Positions 22,883-35,154 of a stretch of DNA of 64,000 nt are shown in pieces. The position numbers were made by a program, and so were the translations under genes. The stretch is from Macrostomum lignano. Lineage: Eukaryota. Location of the stretch: positions 124,001 through 188,000 of the forward strand of contig NIVC01000247.1 of the NCBI GenBank assembly GCA_002269645.1, in the 5' to 3' direction. Position 1 is the stretch's first letter. Each line of letters opens with the position of its first letter. The notes below the pieces were generated by a model. The model did not search any database. It saw only the letters and a list, made by a program, of their open reading frames with translations, and was not told the origin of the DNA.

Positions 22883-25443
22883 TGTTGTGTATTGAACGCG
22901 TGGGTTTTTGTGCGAGCGAGAGTTGAGAAATAAGAATTGTGGAGTCTCGACTGACTCCGCCGCTTTATATTTGTTAGTAAATGAAGCGTGCACGTTGGGT
23001 GTATACACCTGGCAGATTGGCTATATGTTACGCAATGATTTGAGTTGAATACAATACTGTTGAAGTTCAGTACATCATACACCGTTCAGCTCGGGTAGCG
23101 CATTGGCGGGCGACGCTCGCGCTCTGACCTTCTCAGCACCGGCGGGGGTGCCGGCGGGTCCCCAGCGAGATCATCAGGCGGTCCTGGCGGATCCACCTCC
23201 GGGCCGCCACCACGTTCGTCGAGCTGCGCGTCGCCGTCGTCGTCGCTGCCTTTGCCCGGTCCGGCCAGCACGCAGCGCCGCAGGTGCCACCGCTTGCCGT
23301 TTTCGAGCAGCACAGTTGTCTTGAATCGCTTGCGAACCCGGAACGGCCCGGCGAGCTTCGGCTCCAGCTTGCCCGGTGCCGCAGGCTTGGAGATGTGCAC
23401 CCAGGAGCCGTCTTGGATGACCACGGTCCGCGTCGCCGATGCGTGCCGCCGACGGTCGGTGTCGCTCTTTGCTCGCTGCTTCGCCGTGGCGACCCGGTCA
23501 TGAGCCGACGTCGGCCGCATGGCTTCCGAGTCCGGCTGGAGTGCGAGCAGTGGGGTGCGCATTGGTCGGCCAGTCATGAGCTCGTGTGGACTCGAACCCG
23601 TGACGTGCGTTGGGGTCGCCCTATAGGCCGCGACGACAGCTCGGACGGCCTTGCAGAAGCTCCACCCGGCGACCAAGTGCGCTGTCACGCCCTCGCCGAG
23701 AGTGCGGTTGAATCGCTCGACGTTGCCGTTTTGTTCTGGACAGTACACTGCCGTTCGCTTGTGTTCGATCGCCAGGCTCGCCAGGTACTCGTCGAACTCG
23801 CGGCCGAACTGGGGTCCATTGTCGGTTGTGATGCTTTTCGGGATGCCCCACCTCGACCAGATGACCTCGAGGAAGTCGACGGCTACCTTGGTTGTGACCG
23901 ATTCTACAAGCGCGACTTCTGGCCAACGGCTGAACCGGTCGATGAGCACGATCGCGAATCGCTGGTGACGCGGCGCCGCTCTGAACTCTCCGCAGATGTC
24001 GAGCTGCAGCTCCTGCCAGGCTCCTGTTGGCGTGCTCGGCTGTTGCCTGATCGGCTCATAGAAGTCCTTGGAGTTGTCCTGAAGTTGTGAGCCCTCGTCA
24101 CTGAGATGGTTAATTTGAAGAGACACACCAAACTTCGAGAAGTCGGAGCGCCCAAGAAGGCTTGAGCTGCACTCTGTGATCTGGAAACAGACTGAGGCCG
24201 TCTTGTCCTTGTACATGACCGGGAGCGTCGCTGTCCCATAGGTCCGAATGTGCGAGCCTCCGTAGGCCACGAGCCGTGCTGGTGGTCCGCTTCCCTTGGT
24301 TGCGTGTCGTCGAACTCTCTGGAAGTCGGACGCGCTGATCACCGACACGGAGGCACCGCTGTCCAGCGTCAGCGTCAGCAGCTCGTCGCGGACCGCGCAT
24401 TCGATAGTGTGGGCGGCAGTCGAATCCTGGTTCGCGACTTGCAGAATGGTGCTCACCTCTTCACCGACGGTCGCCACCGTGTTGCTTCGGCAAAGTGGTT
24501 CGGCTTATTGCAGTTGTTGCACTTTTTCCCATTGCTGGGCACTTGTGCTCCTTGCTGTAGTCGCCGCCGCATCGCCTGCACTTCTCGCTGTCCTTGCGCG
24601 TTTTGGGCTTGGCTCTGACTTTCTGCTTTGAGACGGCGTGCACTGTCTTTTGGGATGCCCCTGATGTGCCGTTGAGGACCTGGGCTTCGTTGATGGCTGT
24701 CTCGATTTGGTTGGCGAGAGCTGCAGGGACTTCTCCAGTGTCAGGTCGTCTGGTTCCATCAGCAGCCTGGCACGCACGTTTTCTCGATGAGTTGATCGCG
24801 GACCATCTCATTTGTCAGGTCCTTGAACGCGCAATCGGCCGCGAGCTGCTGGAGATCTCTGACGAACTGCTGCACCGGCTCCCCTGGTCGCTGCTCCCTG
24901 CACCGAAACCTGTAGCGAGCTCCGATGACGCTCTTGTTCGGCACGAAGATTTTGTCCAGTTCTTCGAGCAGTTTCTTCATGTCGTTCGCCTCAACGCTTT
25001 CCGCCTGCCGTTGGCCCTCCGGCCCGAGGCAGTGTCGAAGGACGGCCATTTGTCTCGCCTCCGACATTTTGTCCAGTTCCGTTGCTGTTGATTAGATCGC
25101 GAACTGACTTTTCCACCTTGGCCACGGGCAGCTTGGCTCGCCCGGGCTAGCCAGGTACGGCGTTGGTGGGTTGAGACTGAAGTCTGCCATCTTCGTCGCC
25201 AATGTTGTGTATTGAACGCGTGGGTTTTTGTGCGAGCGAGAGTTGAGAAATAAGAATTGTGGAGTCTCGACTGACTCCGCCGCTTTATATTTGTTAGTAA
25301 ATGAAGCGTGCACGTTGGGTGTATACACCTGGCAGATTGGCTATATGTTACGCAATGATTTGAGTTGAATACAATACTGTTGAAACATAAATACGGTACG
25401 ACTGAAGTACTCAATACTTGTACTTAGTACTCACGCCACAACA
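22883..25443 (-). mobile_element. Internally deleted Ty3/Gypsy LTR element lacking RT and RNase H (2561 bp)
   Basis: 5' LTR 25203-25443; 3' LTR shares 182 bp (22883-23064). TSD GCAGG (22878-22882, 25444-25448); PBS TGGCGACGAAGATGG 25201-25187; gag with in-frame stop at 25092-25094 and frameshifts. Confidence 0.92.
23086..24477 (-). CDS. In-frame protease-integrase fusion ORF of the deleted Gypsy element
   Basis: LTLDSGASVS protease, then directly W..LQLDICG, IDRFSRWPE, TTDNGPQF, NGNVERFNRTL integrase core and LRRSERERRPP tail; no RT YxDD, no RNase H, no HHCC. Confidence 0.85.
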   Translation of the reverse strand: MATVGEEVSTILQVANQDSTAAHTIECAVRDELLTLTLDSGASVSVISASDFQRVRRHATKGSGPPARLVAYGGSHIRTYGTATLPVMYKDKTASVCFQITECSSSLLGRSDFSKFGVSLQINHLSDEGSQLQDNSKDFYEPIRQQPSTPTGAWQELQLDICGEFRAAPRHQRFAIVLIDRFSRWPEVALVESVTTKVAVDFLEVIWSRWGIPKSITTDNGPQFGREFDEYLASLAIEHKRTAVYCPEQNGNVERFNRTLGEGVTAHLVAGWSFCKAVRAVVAAYRATPTHVTGSSPHELMTGRPMRTPLLALQPDSEAMRPTSAHDRVATAKQRAKSDTDRRRHASATRTVVIQDGSWVHISKPAAPGKLEPKLAGPFRVRKRFKTTVLLENGKRWHLRRCVLAGPGKGSDDDGDAQLDERGGGPEVDPPGPPDDLAGDPPAPPPVLRRSERERRPPMRYPS

Positions 25444-25789
25444 GCAGGGATACTGGAGTTTCATAAAAGAGATCGCCTGCAGAAGTAGGAAGTCCGAACT
25501 CAGAACTCCGAACATGCGGCGTGTCCGCAGGTGAAGTCCTGACTAACCGGTCAATATCAGCTGACGAAGACGAAGATTGAGAGCTCAGAAACCAGTGCTG
25601 ATCTCCTTGAAGACGCTCACGCGGAGGGAAAAAACTGATGCACCACTTCATCATTGAATCGCAATTGCAAGTACAATTTAGGCTGCGCTTGAATCAAAGA
25701 TGATTGATGATTTCCATTTCTCTCGCCAGGTGCTACAACTGCGGCCAGGTGTCTGACCACCTCGCCGCTGCCCGCTAGGCCGACTGCCC

Positions 25790-25826
<37 letters not shown>

Positions 25827-25827
25827 C

Positions 25828-25886
<59 letters not shown>

Positions 25887-25887
25887 C

Positions 25888-25926
<39 letters not shown>

Positions 25927-26040
25927 CACAGACAGACAGACAGACACACAGACAGACAGACAGACACACAGACAGACAGACAGACAGACACTCAAACAGA
26001 CACACAGACACACACACTCAAACAGACAGACAGACACACA
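25790..26040. repeat. (GACA)n microsatellite
   Basis: Tetranucleotide run. Confidence 0.97.
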
Positions 26041-26504
26041 GCTTAGCTACCTCAGCACGCAGCAGTCACTGCACTTACATACGTGATTCAAACACAAGTC
26101 AAGACTCCAGTAAGTCAGGCCTCTCAATATCCCAAGAGAAACTGAGCCTCGAAATAATATTAAACTCCCTTGGCTCGAAAGGCGTTGGTTTGCGGGAGTT
26201 CGCACCGCACTAGCTAATTTTACGAGCGCTACTCCGCGAAAATATTTGTTCATGTAGGAAGCCCCCAGCGGGAGAACATGCAGTAATGAGTTGTTTTATT
26301 ACGCTCGTAAGCTTTTCCCGGTTCAAACAATTATAAAATTCTTTACCTTTCTAAGTGCACGTTTACAAAACCAATAGTAACGATTCTTTGAGGTAAATTT
26401 TTATTTCAATAACAATCTATCTGAAGTTTATTTTGCTTATTTTGTACTATGGTTTGACTGATTTCTGAGTTATGGTCAAAGGGGAATGAAAGATTTAAAG
26501 TGGA

Positions 26505-27695
26505 CCCCACACTGCACACCCCAGCTCCCCATTGCACACCCCACTGCACGCACCACTGGCACCAGCAACCCATTGCACGCCCCAGCACCCCATTGCACAT
26601 CCCAGCACCCCACTGCACGCCCCAGCACCCCATTGCACATCCCAGCACCCCACTGCACGCCCCAGCACCCCACTGCATACCCCAGCTCCCCATTGCACAC
26701 CCCACTGCACGCACCACTGGCACCAGCAACCCATTGCACGCCCCAGCACCCCATTGCACATCCCAGCACCCCACTGCACGCCCCAGCACCCCATTGCACA
26801 TCCCAGCACCCCATTGCACATCCCAGCACCCCACTGCACGCCCCAGCACCCCACTGCACACCCCAGCTCCCCATTGCACACCCCACTGCACGCACCACTG
26901 GCCCCAGCAACCCATTGCACACCCCACTGCACATCCCAGCACCCCACTGCACGCACCACTGGCCCCAGCAACCCATTGCACATCCCAGCACCCCACTGCA
27001 CACCCCAGCTCCCCATTGCACACCCCACTGCACGCACCACTGGCCCCAGCAACCCATTGCACACCCCACTGCACATCCCAGCACCCCACTGCACACCCCA
27101 TCACCCCACTGCACGCCCCAGCACCCCACTGCACATCCCATCACCCCACTGCACGCCCCAGCACCCCACTGCATACCCCAGCTCCACATTGCACACCCCA
27201 CTGCACGCACCACTGGCACCAGCAACCCATTGCACGCCCCAGCACCCCATTGCACATCCCAGCACCCCACTGCACGCCCCAGCACCCCATTGCACATCCC
27301 AGCACCCCATTGCACATCCCAGCACCCCACTGCACGCCCCAGCACCCCACTGCACACCCCAGCTCCCCATTGCACACCCCACTGCACGCACCACTGGCCC
27401 CAGCAACCCATTGCACACCCCACTGCACATCCCAGCACCCCACTGCACGCACCACTGGCCCCAGCAACCCATTGCACATCCCAGCACCCCACTGCACACC
27501 CCATCACCCCACTGCACGCCCCAGCACCCCACTGCACACCCCAGCTCCCCATTGCACACCCCACTGCACGCACCACTGGCCCCAGCAACCCATTGCACAC
27601 CCCACTGCACATCCCAGCACCCCACTGCACACCCCATCACCCCACTGCACGCCCCAGCACCCCACTGCACATCCCAGCACCCCACTGCACACCTG
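26505..27695. repeat. C-rich minisatellite (CCCAGCACCCCACTGCACA/G units with higher-order blocks)
   Basis: Tandem ~20-bp units. Confidence 0.95.
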
Positions 27696-28109
27696 TAAGT
27701 AAAAATTCAGAGACAGCAAGAGGAGACGCAAGAGCAGCTGGCCAATTTCAATGAAACAACATCGGCCTACAAGTTAAAAAATGTTACAGAACAAGTATGA
27801 GGTTAATAGCACTGTCATATTTATTATATATATGCTTTTGTAGCGGTATAGCTAGTTTGCATAATAAACTCATTAGCTATGATTAACATTGCTTAAATAT
27901 CAAACAAAATTGAGGAATATGAATGCGATTAACGACTAGATGTGATTTACTGACAAGATTGCATTTTTATTTAGAAGCAGTTGCTATATTAAATGTTATA
28001 CAGTGTCACATTCTGCGGTGCTGTCTAAAGATACTTTAGAACTACTGTATGAGTGGGTAAGCAATTGTCATCTAATGAACTACTCCTGACGTCACTCTCG
28101 GCCAGCACG

Positions 28110-28478
28110 GTTAGAGTGGGGTGATTGTCCGGAGGAGTAGAAAAATGGGGGTTAGAGTGGGGTGGTTGGCCGGAGGGGTAGAAAAATGGGGGTTAGAGTG
28201 GGGTGGCTGGCCGGAGGGGTAGGAAAATGGGGGTTAGAGTGGGGTGGCTGGCCGGAGGGGTAGGAAAATGGGGGTTAGAGTGGGGTGGTTGTCCGGAGGG
28301 GTAGGAAAATGGGGGTTAGAGTGGGGTGGTTGGCCGGAGGGGTAGAAAAATGGGGGTTAGAGTGGGGTGGCTGGCCGGAGGGGTAGAAAAATGGGGGTTA
28401 GAGTGCGGTGGCTGGCCGGAGGAGTAGGAAAATGGGGGTTAGAGTGGGGTGGTTGGCCGGAGGGGTAGAAAAAAGGGG
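28110..28478. repeat. 41-bp G-rich tandem repeat GGTTAGAGTGGGGTGGTTGGCCGGAGGGGTAGAAAAATGGG (~9 copies)
   Basis: Direct tandem copies. Confidence 0.95.
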
Positions 28479-29229
28479 GTTTAAGCTCAGGGTTTTCTAG
28501 AAGTAGTCTATTTATAGTATTTTATAGCAACAGCAGGGGTTTCCTCGTGACTTATAGCATATTGATCTAAACCGTAATAATCCCGTAAATATCAAATCAA
28601 TCAAAGTATTGTCAGAATGGGTAAAAACGATAGTTTAGCGAGCAGGTTAGAAAGTGTGTGTAAGGGTTAAACACAAGTAACAAATAAATAATACCAATAA
28701 ATATTAAGTGTCATTTTTTCATTATGCCGAATTGCGTCAAAAAAACAATTAAATTAAAATAAAACAAAGAAAAAAGATAGAAACAGCTGAGAGAAAGCAG
28801 ATTAGTTGCAGAAAATAAACAGCAATACATGAGGGTGCACTGTAACAGCACAAACTCGTGACAGTGTTGCAATGGATAAAAGATTGCTAAAACTACCCTA
28901 AGTAGCAAAGCTTTGTAAATAAAACGGGGTGTATATAATTTCATACAGTGGTGTAAAATGTTTTTATAATAACAGAATTAGGATCACGATTTTTTCATTT
29001 AAGAAAAACTTTTGATCGACTTTAAAAAACAAAAAATCACAGTAATAAAAACATTATAGTGTTGCATATTGAGGATAGCATTATCAAGCAATAATGTATA
29101 TATAAGATTCCAATAATACGCAGCAAACTGCAAAAACAAAATTATTTCAACTTTTAGGCAGAAATACTAACAGCGGGGACCGCAGGAACTGTCATTTCAC
29201 GATAAGGCGTTCATAGCAGCCGACTCAGC

Positions 29230-29800
29230 AACCCTAGCAACTGAATTGGCATCCATAGCAACCGATTAGGCGTCCCTAGCAACTTAATTGGTGTTCATAG
29301 CCACCGAATCAGCGACCCTAACAACTGAATTGGCAGCCATAGCAACCGATTTAGCAAACCCTAGCAACTGAATTAGCATCCATAGCAACCGATTTAGCAA
29401 ACCCTAGCAACTGAATTGGCAGCCATAGCAACCGATTTAGCAAACCCTAGCAACTGAATTGGCATCCATAGCAACCGATTTAGCAAACCCTAACAACTGA
29501 ATTGACATCTATAGCAACCGATTTAGCAAACCCTAGCAACTGAATTGGCATCCATAGCAACCGATTTAGCAAACCCTAGCAACTGAGTTAACATCCATAG
29601 CAACCGATTTAGCAAACCCTAGCAACTGAATTGGCAGCCATAGCAACCGATTTAGCAAACCCTAGCAACTGAATTGGCAGCCATAGCAACCGATTTAGCA
29701 AACCCTAGCAACTGAATTGGCATCCATATCAACCATTCTAGCCCTTTGAAACTGAATCAGTGTCCATAGCAACCGACTTAGCGGTCCTAGCAACCTATTA
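29230..29800. repeat. 43-bp tandem repeat CATAGCAACCGATTTAGCAAACCCTAGCAACTGAATTGGCATC
   Basis: Homogeneous core with diverged edges. Confidence 0.92.
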
Positions 29801-30117
29801 AGCGACCCAAGCATGAGAAGTTTATCAGTCGCCAAACAAGGGAGACGCTCCCGGGTACGCCACTGACTACTAATAGTATGTTACGCAGTTTTTTAAACGA
29901 AATTTATCGATAGCTGTATAACAATGGAATAAAAACGAGATTCATTGCACATTTTGCTACTATAATATTGTAAATATGTTAATATCCTCAACACTGCCGG
30001 CATAGGTCAGTTTCGTCAGTAGTATGATGGAAACATGACTGTCCATAAGTTTTTCAAAACAAACAATTTTCAGATTGCCCACACTAAACATTAGCCGGTC
30101 GAATGAACAAATCAAGG

Positions 30118-33100
30118 TCAGTAGTTGCCGTAAGCCGGCGCGGCGTCCTCGGGGTGAGAGGCCTCGTAATTCTGCTGGGTGGTGGTGACCGAGTAGCTGT
30201 GGCCGCACTCGCCTTTGTGGAAATGATTTTTCAGCACCTGGTACTTGCGGAACATCAGGAAGCCAATGTAGCCGTGTAGGCCAAGCGTGGGAACGGCGAA
30301 CACCTGGGATAATGAGGCATCAGAGATTCTCGCTGACTTGAAGCCTATGCTAGTGCGAAATATTGAGATTGCTCAAGGATTTCCCACGGTATTTTTAATC
30401 GGGATTTCCCATGGGGAGTTTCTCAGAGGGATTTCCCATGGGAATTTCTTAAAGTTATTTCCCATTAGAAATTTCTCATAGGGATTTCCCAGGGGAGTTT
30501 ATCATAGGGATTTCCCAGGGGAGTTTATCATAGGGATTTCCCAGGGGAGTTTATCATAGGGATTTCCCAAGGGAGTTTATTATAGGGAATTTCCCAAGGG
30601 AGTTTATTATAGGGAATTTCCCAAGGGAGTTTATCATAGGGATTTCCCAAGGGAGTTTATCATAGGGATTTCCAAGGGGAGTTTATCAAAAGGATTTCCC
30701 GTGGGAGTTTATCAAAAGGATTTCCCGTGGGAGTTTCTCATTGGGATTTCCCATGGGAGTTTATCATAGGGATTTCCCAAGGGAGTTTATCATAGGGATT
30801 TCCAAGGGGAGTTTATCAAAAGGATTTCCCGTGGGAGTTTATCAAAAGGATTTCCCGTGGGAGTTTCTCATTGGGATTTCCCATGGGAGTTTCTTAAAGG
30901 GATTTCCCACGTGAGTTTCTCAGTGATTTCCCATTGGATTTTCTCATGGGGATTTCCCATATGAGTTTCTTAGAGGGATTTCCCATGGAAATTGCTCATA
31001 GGGATTTCCACTGGGAGTTTCTCATTGGGATTTCCCACAGGAATTTCACAAAGGTGAAAGTTTCCAGATTACCATTTGGAGTTTTTCAAAGGGATTCCCA
31101 TAAGGGTTCCCCAGTGGATTTTCTTACAGCAATAAGGATTTATCAGTAAGGGGGAATTCTGCAGATTAGCCAGAAATGATTTCAAAAAAAAACTCACAGC
31201 GCTGGCGATGGCGGCGCTGCCAATGCCCTTTCCGTTCACGGCCGAGAGGATGAAAGCAATCAGGCTCAGAATGACCACCACGGCCAGGTAGATCAGGATC
31301 TGAATGGGGTGGATTAAGAGAGTACAGATTATTAGATTGGTTATTGGTATGTGCGCATGCAGGGTTTTTCAAGCGTCAGAATAATGCCATTTGGGATCAA
31401 ATTAAATTTGTGCGTGATTCTAATTATTTTTTTATCATTTATCTTACACTAAGGAGACGTTCGTATGGAACCAATTTTATCATTGGTTCAGGAACTTATG
31501 AATACATTTCACTCAAGAACAACATTGAGTTTTGTTATGAACATCAATTAATTAACCTATCCCACAAATAAACAATTTGTTATCTCTTGTAAAGTAAATT
31601 TTGGTCGTCTGCCGCTTTTTGAAGTGCTCCTGACTTGAGTCACTGTGGCCAATTTTAGTGTCATTTGATTGAAGGCACTTCTTTTCCATTCACGTGATTC
31701 ACTTTAACTTTGTATAAAGGCCAAGTGAAGGGACAATCTGCAGTTTTTTCTGCGTAAACTTGTCGGGGAAGTCAAGCTGTTACGTTGTGCTGGCTTTAAC
31801 ATTTCTGGGTGTAATGTCAAAGTTGGTACAATGCTACTCATTGGTGACGCACCTGCCAGTGCTTATGCTCAAGGTTTTCTTAGTCATACTGCAGCAGCCA
31901 AATGATGCTCAAATTTTGTCGTTGTACAACCACTCGAATTCAGGATCGCAATGATTTTTCCAACTACTGCATGTACATAATAGTCGCACTGATTAATTTT
32001 ACAGAGCATATCGTGAAGATAAATCAGTGAGTCATGTCGCCTCTGATTGAAATTTCTGTTTTTATCTACACTTCCTCAAGCTACACTATGTATTTTATGT
32101 ATTTACTTCTTCGAGGTTCAGTGATTGGTATTCGTATGAATGTGCACATCGATCTCTCGAAAATTTTGGTTCCAATTTTGTCATTGTTGTTTGGTGTACA
32201 TTCATTAAGCTACAATTGTCATTTATTGTTGCATTTGCATGGGTTTGTTAAGTTATACGGCTTATTTGATTCATTTATTTGCTTTTCAGTTTGAAAACCA
32301 TCTTGGTGTTCTTAAGAACACGAGGTGTCCGACAGAAAGAGGTATTTTAAAACATGTCAGTAATCAGTTGATGGTGATGCGTTCTTTTTAAGTTCTCTCT
32401 CAAGCCTTGTTAATTGTAAAGTTGTGCAGTTGTAAATAGTCACTTCCAACTCAGTTTCTGGTGAAGATTTGATATTTCGCCGTGATTTGTCTATGCATCC
32501 CTACCCGTCAGGAAATCTTTCTATTGGTTATTATGCTGTGTCGCGATCATGGATTTCTGGTGCTCCTAAAGGGAAGGTTGAGTCTGAGTTCGTTTTGTTT
32601 CCATTGGCATCTACGAGTAATCATATTTAGTGATTCATGTTTGTGAGCACTGCTCAGAAATTTAGTGTATTACATTTTTGTTCCTTCAGCCTATAATACA
32701 CACTTGTCAGATAATATGCTGAAAATATTGAATTCACATCCGCTCTTTTGGTTAGTCACTTGCCTTTTGATCATTGACAACAATTTACAGGATTTTAGTA
32801 TATGGACTCTTACTAAGTAGCTGTCAATGGTCGCTTCATTGGTGAGAAATTAGGTTTGTCTTCCAACGGAACTGTTTTTTCCTTTGCTTTCAAATACTTG
32901 TACTTAGGAAAAATTATTTTTGAGTCAATGGCTGCTAAAATTTAGGTAATTTGTGTTGAATTCCAAATTAATAACTTTATGGGTCATTTGCTTTATTGAA
33001 TGTTACATTTACAGAGTTGCAAAATTCTATAGATAATTTCCCCAATTTTCATAAATTGTTTGAACAGAGATTTTCTGATTATCTTCATAATCTACATGTA

Positions 33101-35122
33101 GGATGTTTTTGTCTGTTGTCTATCCTCTTGAATATATCAGTCAAATATCGAATATGAGCAACCATGAATCAACGCAATGGTTTGTCGCTTCGGCATTGGG
33201 CCTTACTGAATTGAGTAAAGCTATGTTTTGAGTGCTCTTATTTATCGTCAGAACTCGGTCATTTTGTGCAATCTGTATAAACTGAAAGAGATGACGGAGG
33301 ATGAACGAATGCCTTTTCCACCAAGCTGCCTCAGAATTGGAAGTCGAAGAACTTCTGGCTGTGCTAAAGGATCCACCGCATCATCGTAAGAAGCTATCTT
33401 GAGTTTAGCACTCGTATAAGTAACTGGACTGGTGCCGAGACTGGAGAAAGTGGCCAGAATTGCTGCTCTCCCCCGCGAGGACCCGATTTCTTTGTACTTC
33501 TCGAAGGACAACCTGATACAGGCCATCAAACGCTCTAAGCCCTCGAAGGCCATTTGGCCTTGACGGTATTTGCCCGCTCGTCCTCAAATATCAAACCGCT
33601 CGCTGCATCACAATGAAATTCCTGCGGTCTGGAAGAAATCGCTGATCTGCCCGATTATCAAGAATGGCAAACCTCCAGATGACGGCGCCTCTTACCTCCC
33701 CCGCGGCCCGATTTCGTTTCTCTCACCGCTGGCAAAAATCTTCGAAAAACTCCTGCTGGGCAGCCTCCAGGAAACCAAAGTTTTTAGGTTCCGGGGGAAG
33801 TATGGTTGCAAAGCTGCAAAGCTGCGATGATGCGGTGGATCAGAAGCATTGATTACTTTATCAGTTACCTCGGTGTCAAAATTTCGGTGACTGGTAAGGT
33901 CATATGGTCGACGGATCAACTGAGGCAATGGCTAGGCAGGGTTATGAGCGCACCCCTGAAGCCTGACCAAAAGATCAAGGGGATTAAGGAAGTCCTAATC
34001 GGTAGGCTCACTTATCAACTCAGGCTAAGTGAGGTACGTTTCTGCGAGCTGAGGAGAGTTACTAGAATGGTCCAAAAAGCATGTAAGCAGATCCTACACA
34101 TGCAATTAGGTGCGCCCAATGCGTGGGCCCATCTGCCCCTGTGGAGATGCGGCCTCGGGCTACCTGATTTTGAGCTCACGATTCCGCTGATGCGGCGTGC
34201 TGCCTGCGAAAGCATGGCGAGCTCTTCGGACCCAGTTGTAGCCAACATAAGTGAAAAGATTCCAACTTATGAAAGTAGTCTCACTCGTGGACTTTACGTT
34301 AAATCCGCAAAGAAGGTTATACAGGATAAATATGAGCAGGCCTATTTGAGCACCCAGAGCGAAGCTCATGAGCGTACGGTGGGAAAGCGCGGTTAGACCT
34401 TATTGGCTACATGGCGGAGACGGTGTAGTGAAGGCGGGTGAATACGTGTCTATCAACAAGTTGGTTACAAGAACTGTTGAGACGCGCCAATTCATCCACC
34501 CAAGAGTCAAAGACTTTGAGACTCTGAAATGCCGTCGCTGTGGAAACGCGGTAGAAACTGATCTGCATGTTTTGAATGAATGCCCGTTTACCAGACTAGC
34601 CCAATGCCGCCGGCACAATTTTATTGCGGATTATCTTGGCAAAGCCCTGGTGGACAATGGTTGGGAAGTTTGGAGAGAACGGCTCGTTCGTAAAGATCTA
34701 GAGAACTTTAAGCCCGACCTGATTTGCAGGAAGGGCAACGATGGAGCGATCATAGACGTCACTGTACCCTATGAATCGAATGAGAATGTGCTACAATCAA
34801 AGGAACGGTTTAAAGAGGCTAAATATGAAGGTCTGAGGGGTCAAGTCGCCGAGCTTTTGAACATCTCTGGCGGCGTTAAAGTCGTTGGAATCGCTGTCGG
34901 TGCCTTGGGCACGGTTCTAACCACGACTCTCAATAAAGTGAAAGGACTCGGACTTGATCCAGTCAAGGTCGGAAAAACATTACAAATCTCAGCACTCCGA
35001 GGTTCAGGCCGTGTTTGTAAGGCCTTTCGGATTTAAGGCCCATATGCCTAGTGCCACCCCTTTTTGACACTAGCGCTACGCTAGGCAAGGATTAGGGTCA
35101 TTATGAGCCTAGTGGAAAAAAA

Positions 35123-35154
<32 letters not shown>

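Larger units (their letters stand above)
21284..25790 (+). pseudogene. LIN28: Lin-28-like pseudogene (cold-shock domain + CCHC knuckle); remnant exons ~21284-21357, 22637-~22820, 25730-~25790
   Basis: GRWFDAD*GFGFI...VFV; AG|SAICMPGFWHLCAEELVKFE...EKGLEA..VT.TDGAPCRG; AG|[13 protein letters not shown]..CP. Both acceptors fall at the Lin-28 intron positions (VHQ|S and R|CYNC). Stops and frameshifts in every exon. Confidence 0.65.

Noticed and set aside
26406-27754. Long H/P/T-rich and C/G/W-rich ORFs
   Set aside because: Translations of a C-rich minisatellite in all six frames; no splice or start context.
28110-29800. CRISPR-like regularly repeated 41-43-bp units
   Set aside because: Head-to-tail repeats without unique spacers, no cas genes, eukaryotic context.
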